Positions 62,592-64,000 of a stretch of 64,000 nt of DNA are shown here, piece after piece. Source of the stretch: Psammoneis japonica (taxonomy: Eukaryota). Made by a program: the position numbers and the translations under genes. The stretch lies in contig QPGO01000011.1 of NCBI GenBank assembly GCA_008632985.1, positions 124,001 to 188,000 of the forward strand. Reading direction: 5' to 3'. How positions within the stretch are numbered: the first letter of the stretch is position 1; every line of letters starts with the position of its first letter. The notes under the pieces are model-generated. The model was not told the DNA's origin, searched no databases, and saw nothing but the letters and a program-made list of their open reading frames with translations.

Positions 62592-63311
62592 ATGAAGACG
62601 CCCGAGTCCGTTCTCAAGAAGCAAGCCACACAGGCCAAGATCGCCGAGGCCAAGGACGCTGCTGTTAAGGCTGCTGCCACCAAGGCTGAAGCTGACGCGA
62701 AGAAGTTTGTCGCCAACGCTGAAAAGTACGCTGCTGAGTATGCCGCTGAGGAGAAGCAGGCGGTGGACAATCGTCGCTCCGCCAAAGCTCAGGGTGGTTT
62801 TTATGTTCCTCCCGAACCCAAGGTTGCGCTTGTGATTCGCATTCGCGGTATCATTGGAGTGTCTCCCAAGGCTAAGCGTGTGATGCAGTTGTTCCGTCTT
62901 CGTCAAATCCACAACGCCACCTTTGTGAAGCTCAACGAAGCTACGATTCGTATGCTTCGTTTGATTGAACCCTACGTCACGTACGGATACCCCACAAGAG
63001 CAACGATCGAGAAACTTGTTTACAAGCGTGGGTTCGCCAAGCTCAACAAGCAACGCATCCCTATTGCGGAAAACTCGGTGATTGCCGAAGGTCTGGCCAA
63101 ATACGGTATTGAATGTGCTGCCGATCTCATCCACGAGCTCTACACGGTCGGTCCCAACTTTAAGCAAGCCAATAACTTTCTATGGCCCTTCAAGCTCTCG
63201 AGTCCTGTTGGGGGATTCTCTTCCAAGACGAAGCTTTTGCACTTTATGGAAGGCGGAGAAGCTGGTGCGCGGGGAGAAGAAATCAACAAGCTCGTCAAGC
63301 GCATGCTGTAG
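62592..63311 (+). CDS. RPL7: 60S ribosomal protein uL30 (L7)
   Basis: PESVLKK, FYVPPEPKVALVIRIRGI, FRLRQIHNATFVKLN, ANNFLWPFKLSSP. Confidence 0.96.
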   Translation: MKTPESVLKKQATQAKIAEAKDAAVKAAATKAEADAKKFVANAEKYAAEYAAEEKQAVDNRRSAKAQGGFYVPPEPKVALVIRIRGIIGVSPKAKRVMQLFRLRQIHNATFVKLNEATIRMLRLIEPYVTYGYPTRATIEKLVYKRGFAKLNKQRIPIAENSVIAEGLAKYGIECAADLIHELYTVGPNFKQANNFLWPFKLSSPVGGFSSKTKLLHFMEGGEAGARGEEINKLVKRML

Positions 63312-63639
63312 ATTTCAGCACCCAATCTCAAGGTGTTTACTAATAGTAAATATACTCGATTAACGGAAACAAAACGTTCCGATACCCCCGTTACGACACC
63401 GCGTGGTGGAGGGGGCGGTCACCCTTTCTACTCAGAGTAATCTTTTTAGGTTTGGTGCTTCCTCCTTTGTACGTCTTGTGTATGTGTCGTACTCGTAATT
63501 AGATTCAGGGTTAGTTCAGGCCTGACACACACCGCGGAAGACAAAGCTCTTTATTTCTCTTCTTACGTAGCACAACGTTTGATGTCCCCAGAATATCCGA
63601 CAATTAACCGGTCTTAAACTTCTTAGATGCCGTACACAG

Positions 63640-64000
63640 TGTGCAACCATCATGCAGGTGTCTTCTTTCGTTCTCGCCAGATGTCGCTGAAGATTCATGG
63701 ACAACAGCTTCGCAACAAATGTTGCTAGGAATAGATGCATCCGAACCCACACCTGATCAGGACCTGTCTGGACTCACACAGCTGAAGATTCATGGATGCC
63801 AGCTTCACAACAAAGATCACTGGGAATGGATGAGACAAGTGGCATCCGAACCCACACCTGATCCGGACCTGTCTGGACTCACACAGTTGCAGTGAATTGA
63901 AAAACGGGTGAAGATTCATGCCTGGCAGAACTCACCACAGTTGGTGGCACATTCTCAGATGGAAGCACTCGGAGAAGCTGACATGGCTTGCAGACAAGCT
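63640..64000 (+). repeat. Start of another TpA-poor repeat region with ~105-bp units
   Basis: GCATCCGAACCCACACCTGATC(A/C)GGACCTGTCTGGACTCACACAG at ~63737 and 63842; GAAGATTCATG three times; no TA seen after ~63735. Confidence 0.6.

Noticed and set aside
62574..63167. Antisense ORF to RPL7 (and similar antisense ORFs over RRP5, DXR, sirtuin)
   Set aside because: Shadow frames of well-supported genes

Overview
Eukaryotic genomic DNA, most likely from a diatom (bipartite plastid-targeting presequences, short GT-AG introns). Host genes: 3' end of topoisomerase III-beta, plastid heme oxygenase, a DUF2237 protein, a large ankyrin-repeat protein, class-3 lipase, a small membrane protein, a sirtuin with a C-terminal ZZ finger, RRP5, DXR and ribosomal protein uL30/L7. 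The dominant feature is a ~29-kb block (~3335-32335) with two ~10-kb same-strand repeat arms around an ~8-kb core of decayed genes. It sits between two copies of a duplicated host segment (heme oxygenase 3' half to ankyrin gene 3' end). The block and the adjoining parts of the duplicated genes have lost almost every TpA. Hand alignment to the intact genes shows TA->TG/CA on both strands (16/16 sites in the heme oxygenase copy, about 25/26 in the ankyrin copy), while the functional copies are untouched. This suggests a localized, repeat-associated A:T->G:C hypermutation process opposite in direction to fungal RIP. Smaller TpA-depleted patches occur at ~56.3-58.8 kb and >63.6 kb. The core genes carry weak, unconfirmed motifs of DNA-base-modifying enzymes. 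All counts are manual and no database search was run.
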